DNA of 64,000 bases from an uncultured Gemmatimonadaceae bacterium (GCA_963781585.1 CAWAGQ010000013.1:1-64000); one strand, 5' to 3'. Shown: positions 39,236 to 50,390, counted from the first letter of the stretch. Numbers and translations: made by a program. Notes: generated by a model not told the origin, from the letters alone.

Positions 39236-40048
39236 ATGTTGCACGTCTCGGACCTCCACTTCGGACGCCCCGCGGTGCCGGCGGTGGTCGACGCGATCGA
39301 GGAACTGATCCGCCAACACCGGTACGACGTGGTGGCGGTGAGCGGCGACCTCAGCCAGCGGTCGCGCGCCGGCGAGTTCCAGCGGGCCCACGCCTTCCTC
39401 CGCGATGCGGCTCGGGTGAGCCACGTGGTGGTGGTGCCGGGGAACCACGACGTGGCGTGGTGGCGCTCGCCCCTCCATCTGGTCGGCGCCGCCACCATCT
39501 ATGGAGCGTATCGTCGCTACATCTCCGACGACCTGGAGCCGGTGCTGCGCGTTCGCGGGGCCACGATCGTCGGCCTCAACACCGCGCACGGCGTGAGCGT
39601 GGGGACGCTCACCCGCAACCCGCGCGACATCTCCATCATCGGCGACGTGCGGCCGCGGCAGCTGGAGCGGGTGCGCGCCGAATTCGCGGCATCGCCGGAG
39701 CGGGACGCGCGGATTATCATCATGCATCACAACCCGGTTCGCGGCGCCCTGTCGCGCCGCTTCGGGCTCAAGGCGCCGGCGCGGTTGCTCGACGCCCTGT
39801 CTCAGATGGGGGTGGATCTCGTGCTGTGCGGGCACGACCATCAGGAGTCGATCGATCTGATTGAGCGCACCGAGAAGGGGATGGTGATTTCGACCGCGGG
39901 TACGGTGTCGAACCGCTCGCGCGGCGGCCGCCCGTCGTCGGTCAACGAGATCCGGCTCGCGCCGTCTTCGATCGAGGTCCGTACGCTGGTCTGGTCGTCA
40001 GGCGACGGCGCGTTCGCGCCCGGCCCGGCGCGGTGCTTCCCGCGATGA
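39236..40048 (+). CDS. Metallophosphoesterase
   Basis: HVSDLHFG, SGDL, PGNHD, MHH, LCGHDH. Confidence 0.9.
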   Translation: MLHVSDLHFGRPAVPAVVDAIEELIRQHRYDVVAVSGDLSQRSRAGEFQRAHAFLRDAARVSHVVVVPGNHDVAWWRSPLHLVGAATIYGAYRRYISDDLEPVLRVRGATIVGLNTAHGVSVGTLTRNPRDISIIGDVRPRQLERVRAEFAASPERDARIIIMHHNPVRGALSRRFGLKAPARLLDALSQMGVDLVLCGHDHQESIDLIERTEKGMVISTAGTVSNRSRGGRPSSVNEIRLAPSSIEVRTLVWSSGDGAFAPGPARCFPR

Positions 40049-40797
40049 ACGCACGCCCGGACGCGCGCGTGCACGCGGCGCAGTTCGAGCTGGCGTTCGC
40101 GCCGGTGGCGCTTCCGGCTCGAGCGGCATCGACGGACGCCGGAGACGCTGCCGCGCTCCTGGCGTCGTTGCGCGCCCTCGGCCTCCGCGGCATCGCGCGC
40201 TGCTGCCTGACGAGCAACCGGACGGTGATGGTCTCGTTCCGCGGCGCCGAGCTGCGCGTGCATCGCACGTTCTGCTCGGCGCCGCGCGACGTGCTCCAGG
40301 CGATCGTGACGTTCGTGCAGGGGCGGGGGCCGGCGCGGCGCCGGGCCCGGCGCCTCATCCTGTCGTATCAGGTGGATACGTCGGACCGCGCGCCGCGGCG
40401 CCGCCTGCCCACCCATCCGGACGACAGCCTGCTCGCGGCGCGGCTGGCCCAGATGCACGCGCGCTCCAATCGCGAGCTGTTCGACGGCTGCCTGACGCCT
40501 GCCGCCATTCGCGTCTCGCGCCGGATGCGGGCGGCGCTGGGCAGCTACCACCCGGCGCGCGCGGGCGACGCCGGTGCGGAGATCGTCATCAGCCGGCGGC
40601 ACATCCGGCGGCATGGCTGGGCCGCCGCGCGCGAGACGCTGCTGCACGAGATGGTGCACCAGTGGCAGGATGAATCCGGCCTGCCGCTGGATCACGGCGC
40701 TTCGTTCCGGGGCAAGGCGCGCCAGGTCGGCATCACCGCGTCGGCCCGGCGTCGTCCGGAACGGCTGCCGCCCAACCTCCTTTCCCGCTCGGCGTGA
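40045..40797 (+). CDS. SprT-like zinc metalloprotease
   Basis: TLLHEMVHQWQ...DHGASF. Confidence 0.85.
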   Translation: MNARPDARVHAAQFELAFAPVALPARAASTDAGDAAALLASLRALGLRGIARCCLTSNRTVMVSFRGAELRVHRTFCSAPRDVLQAIVTFVQGRGPARRRARRLILSYQVDTSDRAPRRRLPTHPDDSLLAARLAQMHARSNRELFDGCLTPAAIRVSRRMRAALGSYHPARAGDAGAEIVISRRHIRRHGWAAARETLLHEMVHQWQDESGLPLDHGASFRGKARQVGITASARRRPERLPPNLLSRSA

Positions 40798-43283
40798 TGC
40801 GCGCGCTGGGGAGCGCAGCGGCGGCGGTGGGACTCGGCGTCGGGCTCTGGGCGGGCGCGCGCGGCATCGGACCGCTGCCGCCGCTGGGGGGACTGCTGGA
40901 TCCGGCCAACGGCGCCTGGGCGGCGGCGCGGTTCGCCGACCTGCCGCCGGGCGGCCAGGTGCGGATTCCGCACCTGTCGGCGCCGGTCGAGGTGCGCTAC
41001 GACCGCCGGTGGGTTCCGCACATCTTCGCCGCGACCGAGGACGACGCGATTCGCGCGTTAGGCTTCGTGGTGGCGCGCGACCGGCTCTTTCAGCTCGACG
41101 CCCAGGCCCACGCGGCATCGGGGCGGCTGACCGAGTGGGCGGGAGCGCTGGCGCTGGACGACGACCGCGAGATGCGCCAGCTGGGCCTGCCGCGCGCCGC
41201 GGAACGGGAGTTCGCCTCGCTCGCCCCCGACGGTCCCTCGCGCCGCCTGCTCGACGCCTATACCGACGGGGTCAATGCGTACATCGACGGGCTCTCGCGC
41301 GCCGAGCGGCCCATCGAGTACAAGCTGCTCGGCGCGGCGCCCGAGCGCTGGGCGCCCGTCAATTCGGTTCACATGTTCAACCGGATGGGGTGGACATTGG
41401 CGCTGCTCGAGGGCGAGCGCGCGCGGCTGGCGGCCGCCGGCGTGGTGGGAGACAGCGCCGCCCGCGCCCTCTTCCCCCTCGATGCCGTCATCCAGGAGCC
41501 GATTCAGCCTGACGGGCAGCATCACCCGCGCTTCGACTTCCGGCAGCTGCCGCCGCCCGGCCGGCCCGACACCCAGGCGCTGCGGCTCTCGGCGCTGCTC
41601 GGCGTGCCGGGCACGAACGACACCGGGGAACCGCGGTGGCTCGCAAGCAACAACTGGGCGGTGGCCCCCCGCCGCACGCAGAACGGGCACGCCCTGCTGG
41701 AGGGCGATCCCCATCTCCCGCTCACGCTGCCCAGCATCTGGTACGAGGCCCATCTGGTCGTGCCCGGGCAGTTGGACGTCTACGGCGTGACGATTCCGGG
41801 CATACCGGGAATCGTGATCGGATTCACCCGGGACCTCGCCTGGTCGTTCACCAACACCGGCGCCGACGTGCTCGACTTCTACCGGGAGACGGTCGACGAC
41901 AGCGTGCGCCCCACCAGGTACCGGGTGGACGACGTGTGGCGACCGGTGGAGTCGCGGGTGGAGACCTATCGCGGCAAATCGGGCGAGGCCCTGCACACCG
42001 ATACCGTCCTGTTCACGCACCGCGGCCCGCTGTCGCGCGTGAACGGGAGCTGGGTGTCGATGCGCTGGACGATCCTGGACGGCGGGCCTGACGAGCGTGC
42101 GTTCCTGAGCGCGGCGCACGCGCACACGGCGCGCCAGTTCCTCGATACGATGGCGGCGCAGTACGGGAATGCCCCGGCGCAGAACATGCTCGTCGCCGAC
42201 CGCGCCGGATCGATCGCCATCCGCTCCACCGGCGAGTTCCCGATCCGGGCCGGGCGCGGAGACGGGCTCGTCATCCGCGACGGCTCGCGGAGCGCCAACG
42301 ACTGGCAAGGCTACTGGCCGGTGGAGCAGTATCCCCAGGCCTTCGATCCGGAGCAGGGCTATCTGGCGTCGGCCAACCAGCAGCCCATCGATCCGCGCGC
42401 CGCGCCCGCCTATCTCGGCTACGAAGCCGCGTTCGATCCGTGGCGCGCGCTGCGCATCAATCATCTGCTGCGCGACGATTCGGCGGTGACGGTTGACGCG
42501 ATGCGCCGCTTCCAGACCGACCCGGGGAGCGAGCGCGCCGAGCTGCTGGCGCCGTTCTTCGTGGCGCCGGACGCGGACGCGCCGATGCGCGGGAGCGATG
42601 CGTCGCGCCTCGACTCGGCGCGCGCCTGGCTGGCCGGATGGGATCGCCGCTATACGCGGGAGAACGAGCGCACGGTGCTGTTCGAGGCGGCGGTGCGCCA
42701 GCTGATATCTCGGGCGTGGGACGAGCTGGCGCCCGAGGGCGGACGTCGCGTGGCCACGCCCACCACCGAGATACTGCTCGAGCTTCTGCACGACTCCGCC
42801 AGCGTGTGGTGGGACGACCGCCGCACGCCGGACCGGGTGGAGCGGCGCGGGGACATCGTCGGCGCATCCCTGCTCGCTGCCTACGACAGCCTCGTCAGGC
42901 GGCTGGGGCCGCCCGGGCCTGCGTGGCGGTGGGATCGGGTTCAGCCGGCGCGGGTGAACCACTTGCTCGGGTTACCGGGCTTCTCGGTGCGCAACATTCC
43001 GGTGCAGGGAGGACCGGGGACGCTCAATCCGGCCGGTCCGGGCGGCGACGGGCCGAGCTGGCGGATGGTGGTGGAGCTCGGGGCCGAGGTCCGCGCCTGG
43101 GGCACGTATCCCGGGGGGCAGAGCGGGAATCCCGCGAGCCGGCGCTATCTCGATCGCCTGCCGCTCTGGCGCGAAGGGCAGCTCGACACGCTGTTCGTGC
43201 CGCGCGACACCGGCGCGGTCGCGCCGTCGCCGGCGCGGGTGCGGCTCGTTCCATCGTCGGCCGCGAAAGGAGGAACGCCGTGA
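40797..43283 (+). CDS. Penicillin acylase family (Ntn hydrolase)
   Basis: VPHIFA, RDRLFQLD, ASNNWAV, DPHL, SANQ, PGGQSGNP. Confidence 0.93.
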   Translation: MRALGSAAAAVGLGVGLWAGARGIGPLPPLGGLLDPANGAWAAARFADLPPGGQVRIPHLSAPVEVRYDRRWVPHIFAATEDDAIRALGFVVARDRLFQLDAQAHAASGRLTEWAGALALDDDREMRQLGLPRAAEREFASLAPDGPSRRLLDAYTDGVNAYIDGLSRAERPIEYKLLGAAPERWAPVNSVHMFNRMGWTLALLEGERARLAAAGVVGDSAARALFPLDAVIQEPIQPDGQHHPRFDFRQLPPPGRPDTQALRLSALLGVPGTNDTGEPRWLASNNWAVAPRRTQNGHALLEGDPHLPLTLPSIWYEAHLVVPGQLDVYGVTIPGIPGIVIGFTRDLAWSFTNTGADVLDFYRETVDDSVRPTRYRVDDVWRPVESRVETYRGKSGEALHTDTVLFTHRGPLSRVNGSWVSMRWTILDGGPDERAFLSAAHAHTARQFLDTMAAQYGNAPAQNMLVADRAGSIAIRSTGEFPIRAGRGDGLVIRDGSRSANDWQGYWPVEQYPQAFDPEQGYLASANQQPIDPRAAPAYLGYEAAFDPWRALRINHLLRDDSAVTVDAMRRFQTDPGSERAELLAPFFVAPDADAPMRGSDASRLDSARAWLAGWDRRYTRENERTVLFEAAVRQLISRAWDELAPEGGRRVATPTTEILLELLHDSASVWWDDRRTPDRVERRGDIVGASLLAAYDSLVRRLGPPGPAWRWDRVQPARVNHLLGLPGFSVRNIPVQGGPGTLNPAGPGGDGPSWRMVVELGAEVRAWGTYPGGQSGNPASRRYLDRLPLWREGQLDTLFVPRDTGAVAPSPARVRLVPSSAAKGGTP

Positions 43284-43323
43284 GGCGGGCGTGGATGCCG
43301 GAGCGCAGCGCGCGAGGGACGCC

Positions 43324-43716
43324 GTGAGGCACGCGCCGCGCATCGTGCTCGGCGCCGCGGTCGTGGCGTTAGGCACCTGGTTCGGGGGATGGCTGGCGCC
43401 GCCGGTGTGGGGAGCGCTGCTGGGGGCGGCGTTGCCCCGCGGGCGTCCCGCCCGGTGGGCCGCGCTCGACGCGGCGGTGGGGTGGGCCGCGATTCTGGCC
43501 CTGCTTGCCGTGGGGGGCGATCCGGTGGGCACGCTGGCGGGGCGTCTGGCGGGCGCGATGGGGGTGCCGGTCGTGGCGCTGGTGGCGGCGACGGTGGCCT
43601 TCCCGGCGCTCCTGGCCTCGTGCGCGGCGTGGCTGGCGGCGCAGATCCCGACCCCGCGGCGCACCGACACGCGTGGCAGCAAGTCGCCGGCGATGATCAT
43701 GAGGGACGCGGCCTAG
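43324..43716 (+). CDS. Hypothetical membrane protein
   Basis: Hydrophobic ORF following the acylase. Confidence 0.55.
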   Translation: MRHAPRIVLGAAVVALGTWFGGWLAPPVWGALLGAALPRGRPARWAALDAAVGWAAILALLAVGGDPVGTLAGRLAGAMGVPVVALVAATVAFPALLASCAAWLAAQIPTPRRTDTRGSKSPAMIMRDAA

Positions 43717-43846
43717 CCCGGGTTCGGGTTACGGCGCGGTGTCTCGCCGGCCTTTCGGGTCGTCGCAGGATGGTCGACGCTGGATCAAGTGCGCTCGTGC
43801 CAGATGGTTTGGTCACTTCACACCTGCCGCGCAATAGGCACTCCGG

Positions 43847-44662
43847 TCAGGCGCTTCGCGAATTGGTTGTGTCGAAGTGGTCGCGCGCGGCGCGCACGCA
43901 GATGCCCACCAAGGTTGCTTCGTCCAGTACTGCGCAGAGGCGGCCTGGGGTCAGTCCCGTGAGCTTGCTTACCTCTTCGATCAAGGCGTTCCGTGAGTCG
44001 ATCCCTGCCGCGTGTGATGCTTGCTTGAGCCCGTAGTTGAAGTTGCGCACGAGATTGAAGACGAGTGCCACCCTGGCCGCGCGGCGAAGGACGCGAAACC
44101 GTCGTAGCCCGGCGCCCGCGAGTTCCCGGTTCAACCTGCGGATCCGCACGTCGAGCGGTCGTCCGACCTCCTTTTCGGTTCGGTACAGCGCGGGCTCCTG
44201 AAAAAGGTGTCCGAGGAGGCAGGCGGCGTCGCGCGAGAGGGGCCGGGGCAACGATGCGCAGATCGCATCGAGCACGCGAATGCCGAGGGCGCCGGCGGCG
44301 GCACGTTCAATCGCAGCGCGACAACCGACGGCGAGCGCGGTCGAGGTGCGAAGGGCGACGTGAATCCACGCGTTATGGGCCGCCATCGCGACCCACTGCA
44401 ACGCTCCGAGGGATGCCGGCGTCAGCAGGACGACGGGGAGCCCCAGCCGGCGGTAGAACGCGCGGAACTGACCTTCGGGATCGTCTCCGGAACAGATGGA
44501 ATCCAGATCGCCAGGGTCGAGGACCGCTACGTCAAACGCGGATCGCTGCGCGCGGCGAACCAACTCACCCAGATCAGTGGTCCATTCGAGCGCATGCTCA
44601 GGCCCGAGCTCCTGGCGCACTGCTTCGAAGCCTTCTCGGTCAAGGCAACACAGGACACGCAT
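43847..44662 (-). CDS. Receiver-like + AraC-like HTH transcriptional regulator
   Basis: DVAVLDP...LPVVLLT receiver-like N-terminus; C-terminal LKQASHAAGIDSRNAL...KLTGLTP. Confidence 0.65.
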   Translation of the reverse strand: MRVLCCLDREGFEAVRQELGPEHALEWTTDLGELVRRAQRSAFDVAVLDPGDLDSICSGDDPEGQFRAFYRRLGLPVVLLTPASLGALQWVAMAAHNAWIHVALRTSTALAVGCRAAIERAAAGALGIRVLDAICASLPRPLSRDAACLLGHLFQEPALYRTEKEVGRPLDVRIRRLNRELAGAGLRRFRVLRRAARVALVFNLVRNFNYGLKQASHAAGIDSRNALIEEVSKLTGLTPGRLCAVLDEATLVGICVRAARDHFDTTNSRSA

Positions 44663-44965
44663 ACCGCGACATTCGCCTCACTACGCTCGCGCGCGCGGGC
44701 ACGTTCAACCTGCCGCGCGTTCCTCGTCCGATTTCCACGCCGAGCGTACGGTGCGATTCCACGCATCCTTCGTCAAGGCCATGCCTGGTTCCGCCGTTTG
44801 GCGCGCGCGGCGCGGGTCAAAAACAGGACAAATATGCGCAAAACGGGACTGTCCATGCGTCCCGGGCCGCCGGACTGTTCATCGGGTCGGAAGCAAGCGA
44901 ACGAAGCAAGCCTCAGGATCTGCGAGTCGCATTAGGCAACGCAACACCCTCACGCGGAGAATCCC

Positions 44966-46107
44966 ATGCAAGAGAGAACCGCTCTATTCCTTCTGACCAC
45001 ACTGGCTCTTGTTGCATCCCATCTGCATGCCGCGAGGCGCCGACCGAAGCCAGGCCAGGTGTTCCTCGCCTTTCGGCAGATCCTGCAAGAGTGAATCCAC
45101 CTCTGGAAGACACGAGCGCGTTGACGCTTTCGGACGCACTCGTCGAACCAAAGCGTTCTGTCCTTCAGACCATGGATTTCTACAAGGCTAATGGAACCCT
45201 TGAACAGCACATCGAAGGTCACGACCTCTCGGCGAAGATGTTGTCCTCCGTAACGGAAGCGCGTGGTTCGGAGCCCTCCGCTCTCGACAGTCTTAGTCGC
45301 GTCCTGGAGCAGCATGCCCAGCGCCCGTTTGCGAACACTGAGCGGGTGCTCCAAATCATCGATGCCATTCGGGCACAAACAGCGGCAGAGTTTCACCAGC
45401 GCGTCCGGAACCTACCTGTTACGCTCACCATGTCCTTGACCCGGGACGCGCAAGGACGTCAAGGGGTTGAGAAGGTATACACCCATGTCACCGGGCGAAA
45501 GCTCGTGGTGTTTACCGTGACCAACCAGACAGATGAACTGAACCCTCTGACGGGCCTGCAGGACCCAAGTGATGGCGCCACCGAGAACAGAACGGTGGAA
45601 GGGGAGTTGGAGGTTCAGAATTCGACAACGGAGGGCGCGGAATCGAGCGCATATGATTGCGACTATACCGATGACGAGTCAAACTACTGGTCAGGTGAGT
45701 GTGCTACCGAGCAGGACATTGAGGACGCTACGATCGTGGCGCTCAGCATGGATGCCGAGAGCGAAGCTGTTGTCAACCAGGAGGATTCCGAGATAGCGTC
45801 GTACTGCCTCAGCCATAATGAAGATGAGCTCTGTGCGGCGCAGGAGGAGTCCGGGAAGTCCTTCGCGATCGGAGACATGACCGGTCCAAATGCCTTCGGA
45901 GGAGGAGGGCTTAGCTGCTCCGCCGCGGGAATAACATTCTTCGGAACAGCTGTGAACTATGGCTACAGGGCGTGGAAGCTGTGGCGAGTGATCAACGCGA
46001 TAGACCCGCCCGCCGGCGCGCTCGGTGACGCAGTTATCCTGGGCGGCATAGCTCTTGCCGGTGTCTCGGCAGCGGGTATTGTCTTGCACGATTGCTTGGC
46101 GCAGTAA
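44966..46107 (+). CDS. Secreted lipoprotein with hydrophobic Cys-bounded C-terminal domain (bacteriocin/toxin-like); frameshift in the signal region near 45018
   Basis: MQERTALFLLTTLALVAS joins PSACREAPT; acidic Cys-containing linker; GGGGLSCSAAG...GIVLHDCLAQ*. Confidence 0.6.
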
Positions 46108-46154
46108 GAGCGCGCTTGGCGCGCACGCGGCCACTCTCCATAATCGGAGGCACA

Positions 46155-46415
46155 ATGACGTGGGCTCTGATGTTCACAAGCTTGGCCATTGGGGGCTGCA
46201 TTGCGTTCATCATTGTGCGCGTGAGGCGATACAAGAGCGCGTCACGATCGGCACTCCTCGGAGCGTTCGCGACTTTGAACCTCGCAGTGGCGGTACTGCT
46301 CTTCCAAATACTATCGGCCAGCGCTATCCGCTCAATAATGGTGGCCCTCCTTCTGTTTGTTGCGCTTTGGTTTTTCGTCGCGGAAATCCGAACATCGAGA
46401 GATACCCTAACGTAG
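46155..46415 (+). CDS. 86-aa three-helix membrane protein (putative immunity)
   Basis: GGAGG ribosome binding site; three hydrophobic segments with a basic loop. Confidence 0.65.
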   Translation: MTWALMFTSLAIGGCIAFIIVRVRRYKSASRSALLGAFATLNLAVAVLLFQILSASAIRSIMVALLLFVALWFFVAEIRTSRDTLT

Positions 46416-46658
46416 TCAGTGGAGTTGATCGCGCTCCCACCGCCGATCCCGCAGTTCCAGTGGGAGGTATCGGGACTGGCGCATTCAGAGACGATCACGA
46501 CTGCTCCGGGGGCAAACGCGGTTGTGGCAGTGATTCGGGCCATGACGGGCCAAGGCTAAGACGCTGCACGCTGAATGACCTGCTCCTATAACGGCCGGCT
46601 GTTCTCGAAGAAGACTGATCGCCCCCGGGATGGAGAGCGGGGTGCGCTGGTTCGGAGG

Positions 46659-47935
46659 ATGAGTCACGGGGTACAGCGAGCGTCGCTTGCAATGCTCCTG
46701 GCTCATGGGCTCGCGAGTTGCAAGCTCGAGCGGGCGGTGCTGGGATCCAGTGGCGCACTGCCGCACGCGGGCGGTATCAACCCCCTCAGTTTGCTCATCT
46801 GGCGGAATGCACAGGTGCGTGACATCGCACGCGTGCCCGTCCTGGATTCCGAGAACGTCTACACCCTGAGCCGCACGCATGTGGTCTCGGCGCTGGCAAA
46901 GGCCGAGGGACGCTCCGCTGGCAGATCACGCTGCCTGTTTCGCACCCCGAGCGCGGTGGGTTTGGACTTGCGCTGGCGGGTAGCACACTGGTCGTGGGCG
47001 ACATCGATCTGTTTGGACTGGATCCCGCCACAGGACAAGTTCGTTGGACATATCACCCCTCGGTGGGTGCGTGGCCGGGGTTCGGGACGCTGACCAGTGA
47101 TGGCACGACGGTCTTCACGGGCTCGGCCACAGGCCACGTCTTCGCCGTGGACGGAGCCTCGGGTGCGGAGCGCTGGACGGCCCACATCGCGGCCGACACA
47201 AACACGAATGTCTTCACGCCCATCGTGAGGCACGGCGTGGTCTATGCCGCATACACCGACTTCTATCTTGATTCACCGCCGGCGACGCGAGGCCTGCGCG
47301 GGGGGGCGGCGGCGCTCGACGCCGCCACCGGGCGGATCGTGTGGTCGACCTATCTGCCCAAGGCCGACGCCTTGGTCCGTACCGACGTTTACGACGTCGG
47401 CCTCACGGATGACCGTGTAGTCCTGGCGCCCGGCAACGAAACGCGTGTACGGGCTGGATCGGGCCACCGGGGCACTACGGGACACGGTTCCGGCCAGCAC
47501 GTACCTGCAGGTGAGCACGACGCTCCCGCAGGGGGACTTGAGGGGAGAGTTGGTGCGAGCCCTAGCGAGCGCGGGCAACCTCGTTGTGGTCTCCAGCAAC
47601 TTCGTACGACCTAACGGGCCGAATGTGACAGCGCTGTCCGTGCCCGATCTGAACCGGCGCGTGTGGCATACGCTCACGATCGGCTCGGCGATGAGCGTCG
47701 CCCTCGACTCGTCGTTCGCGTACGTGGGAAATTTCGCGGGCAGTTGCTGGTCCTGCGTCTCTCGGATGGCAGCGCAGTCTGGCAGATCAACCGCTTCGAT
47801 CTGCGGCCGAACGACGGCGAAGAGGGACTCTTCAGCGGTCCCGCCATCGAGGGCGACCGGCTCTATCTGGGTGTCGTTGCGGAGGTCTACGCGTTCAGGA
47901 AACCGCGAGCCAACGCGGCCGGGCAGCTTGGTAGA
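46659..47935 (+). CDS. PQQ-type (BamB-like) beta-propeller lipoprotein, multiple frameshifts, end approximate
   Basis: Lipobox LASC; LDPATGQVRW, VDGASGAERW, LDAATGRIVW repeats. Confidence 0.75.
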
Positions 47936-48028
47936 CGCGTCTCGACGTTGCCAGCGCGGTGGCACGACAGTGCCTCGCGACCACGGCTGCTAGGCTCGGC
48001 GCACCGTCAGGCACTATGTTTCGCCCCG

Positions 48029-49210
48029 ATGGCCGCCCCTGCCGACTTCTTCAACATCGATAGCGCGCTCTCCGAGGAGGAACGCGCGGTGCGCGACAGC
48101 GTCCGCCGCTGGGTGGACGAACGCGTGCTGCCCGTGATCGGCGATGCCTACGTGAAGGGCCACTTCCCGAAGCAGTTGGTGCCCGAGATGGCGGAGCTGG
48201 GTGTGTTCGGCGCCAATCTGCCGGAAGAATACGGCTGCGCGGGGCTCAACAACGTGGCGTATGGCCTCATCATGCAGGAACTGGAGCGTGGCGATTCGGG
48301 GGTGCGCTCGTTCGCCTCGGTGCAGGGCGCGCTCGTGATGTACCCGATCTTCGCGTTTGGCAGCGAGGCGCAGAAGCGCCACTACCTCCCGCGGATGGCA
48401 AAGGGCGAGATCATCGGCTGCTTCGGCCTCACCGAGCCGGACTTCGGCTCCAACCCCGGCGGCATGATCACCATGGCGCGCGAGCAGTCCGATGGCACCT
48501 GGCTCCTCAATGGCGGCAAGATGTGGATCACCAACGGCTCCACCGCGCAGGCCGCGATCGTGTGGGCCAAGACAAACGGCGACGCCGATCCCCGTTCCAT
48601 TCGCGGATTCGTCGTCCCCACCGACAGCCGCGGATTTACGGCGCGCGACCAGAAGGGAAAGCTCTCGCTGCGCGCGTCCGACACGAGCGAACTGGTCTTC
48701 CAGGACGTGGCGCTGCCCGCCGACGCGCTGCTCCCGGGTTCCGGAGGACTCAAGTCGCCGCTCATGTGCCTCACCCAGGCACGCTACGGGATCGCCTGGG
48801 GCGCGGTGGGCGCGGCGATGGCGTGCTTCGAGGAGGCCGTGTCGTACGGCAAGAATCGCGTGATGTTCGACAAGCCGGTGGCGGCCTACCAGATCCAGCA
48901 GCAGCGGCTGGCCGACATGCTCACCGAGATCGTGAAGGGACAGCTGGTCGCGCTGCACCTGGGGCGCCTCAAGGACGCCGGCACCTACACCCCCCAGCAG
49001 GTGTCGCTCGCCAAGCGGAACAACGTGAGCATGGCCACCGACGTCGCCCGAGAGGCGCGTCGCTTGTTAGGCGCCGTGGGCATTCTGGCCGAGTACGCGT
49101 CGATGCGGCACATGGCGAACCTCGAGAGCGTGTACACCTACGAGGGCACGCACGATGTGCACTCGCTGGTGCTCGGACAGGCGATTACCGGATTGAATGC
49201 GTTCAGCTGA
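48029..49210 (+). CDS. Acyl-CoA dehydrogenase (glutaryl-CoA dehydrogenase-like)
   Basis: ERGDSGVRSFASVQ, CFGLTEPDFGSNP, KMWITNG, YTYEGTHDVH. Confidence 0.93.
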   Translation: MAAPADFFNIDSALSEEERAVRDSVRRWVDERVLPVIGDAYVKGHFPKQLVPEMAELGVFGANLPEEYGCAGLNNVAYGLIMQELERGDSGVRSFASVQGALVMYPIFAFGSEAQKRHYLPRMAKGEIIGCFGLTEPDFGSNPGGMITMAREQSDGTWLLNGGKMWITNGSTAQAAIVWAKTNGDADPRSIRGFVVPTDSRGFTARDQKGKLSLRASDTSELVFQDVALPADALLPGSGGLKSPLMCLTQARYGIAWGAVGAAMACFEEAVSYGKNRVMFDKPVAAYQIQQQRLADMLTEIVKGQLVALHLGRLKDAGTYTPQQVSLAKRNNVSMATDVAREARRLLGAVGILAEYASMRHMANLESVYTYEGTHDVHSLVLGQAITGLNAFS

Positions 49211-49304
49211 GGGGACGCCCCGGTCCTGGCGCGGACGGACGGCGTTGAGGGGGACCTGCGCCCGCCTGCGGCACGCAGGGACGAGGCGTCGCGCTCGAAG
49301 GCGA

Positions 49305-50300
49305 ATGGGGCGCGCCGCCGTGGTCATCGTAGCGCTCGCCGGCGCGTCACGGTCGGTCGCCGGCCAGGCCGCGTGGCTGCCGCGGGTCCGCCTGGACAAT
49401 GACGCCTACGACTTCTGGCTGCGGCCTGGACAGCGTCCCGACGACGAATACACCAACGGCGTCCGGCTGTCGCTGGAAAGCGCGAGCGCGCCCTGGTGGG
49501 GTCGCCACTTCGCCCGGGGACGCCGCGACTGTGCCGAGGGAGTCAGGGAACGAGCGCCGTGCCGCGCGACCGTCGTCACGTTAGGCCAGGATCTCTACAC
49601 GCCGCGGCTGGATCGCGCGCCGTTCGCGGTTCCGGACTGGGAGAGCGAGCGCCCGTACTTCGCGTGGCTCTACCTGAGCGGTGAAGCGCGCATGCTGGCC
49701 GCGCGCGCCATGCGGTCGATCACCATCGCGCTCGGCGTCACCGGGCCGCCGGCCGGGGGCGAGCTCGCTCAACGCGTCGCGCACGCCGTGAATCACCGCT
49801 TCACGCGCCCGGCGACCGGCTGGGAGACGCAGATCGGGTTCGAGCCGGGGATCATCGCCGCCATGCGACAGCGCTTCCTGGCGGCGCGCCTCGGCTCTGG
49901 AAGCGGCATCGGCTTCGACCTCGCGCCAGCGGTCGGCGTCTCGCTGGGCAACATCCTCACCAGCGCCGATGCCGGCGGCGCCATGCGCCTGGGGTGGAAT
50001 CTCTCGCATCCCTGGGATCCGCGCGCATGGGGCGAGCGCGACGCGGCGGAAGCGTGGCTCTCGGCTGGCGCGCGGGGTCTCTATGTTGCGCGCAACATCT
50101 CACTCGACGGGACCACGCTGAACGCCGTGCGCCACGTGCAACGGGTGCCGGGGGTCTTCGAGTACGAATTCGGCGCCGGGCTGCGCTTGCGTCGGTTGCT
50201 ACTGACCTACCGCGCCGTGACGCGAACCAGGGAGTACCTCACTGGCCCTGCGCATCACACCTACGGCTCCATGGCGGCCGGCATCGATTTCGTGCCGTAG
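49305..50300 (+). CDS. LpxR family lipid A deacylase-like outer-membrane protein
   Basis: LDND...DDEYTNG, GQDLYTP, RPYFAWLY, GVTGPPAGGE. Confidence 0.85.
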   Translation: MGRAAVVIVALAGASRSVAGQAAWLPRVRLDNDAYDFWLRPGQRPDDEYTNGVRLSLESASAPWWGRHFARGRRDCAEGVRERAPCRATVVTLGQDLYTPRLDRAPFAVPDWESERPYFAWLYLSGEARMLAARAMRSITIALGVTGPPAGGELAQRVAHAVNHRFTRPATGWETQIGFEPGIIAAMRQRFLAARLGSGSGIGFDLAPAVGVSLGNILTSADAGGAMRLGWNLSHPWDPRAWGERDAAEAWLSAGARGLYVARNISLDGTTLNAVRHVQRVPGVFEYEFGAGLRLRRLLLTYRAVTRTREYLTGPAHHTYGSMAAGIDFVP

Positions 50301-50390
50301 CCGACGCTGTACCAGACGCTGCGTGCTCGGGCACGATGGGTCATCTGGCGGACTTGAAATCTCCGCCGGCAACAGGTCCGTGGGTAACGC

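Noticed and set aside
47663..49210. Fusion of PQQ propeller to acyl-CoA dehydrogenase
   Set aside because: The linker is not protein-like, the dehydrogenase has its own ATG at 48029, and the propeller gene is indel-ridden
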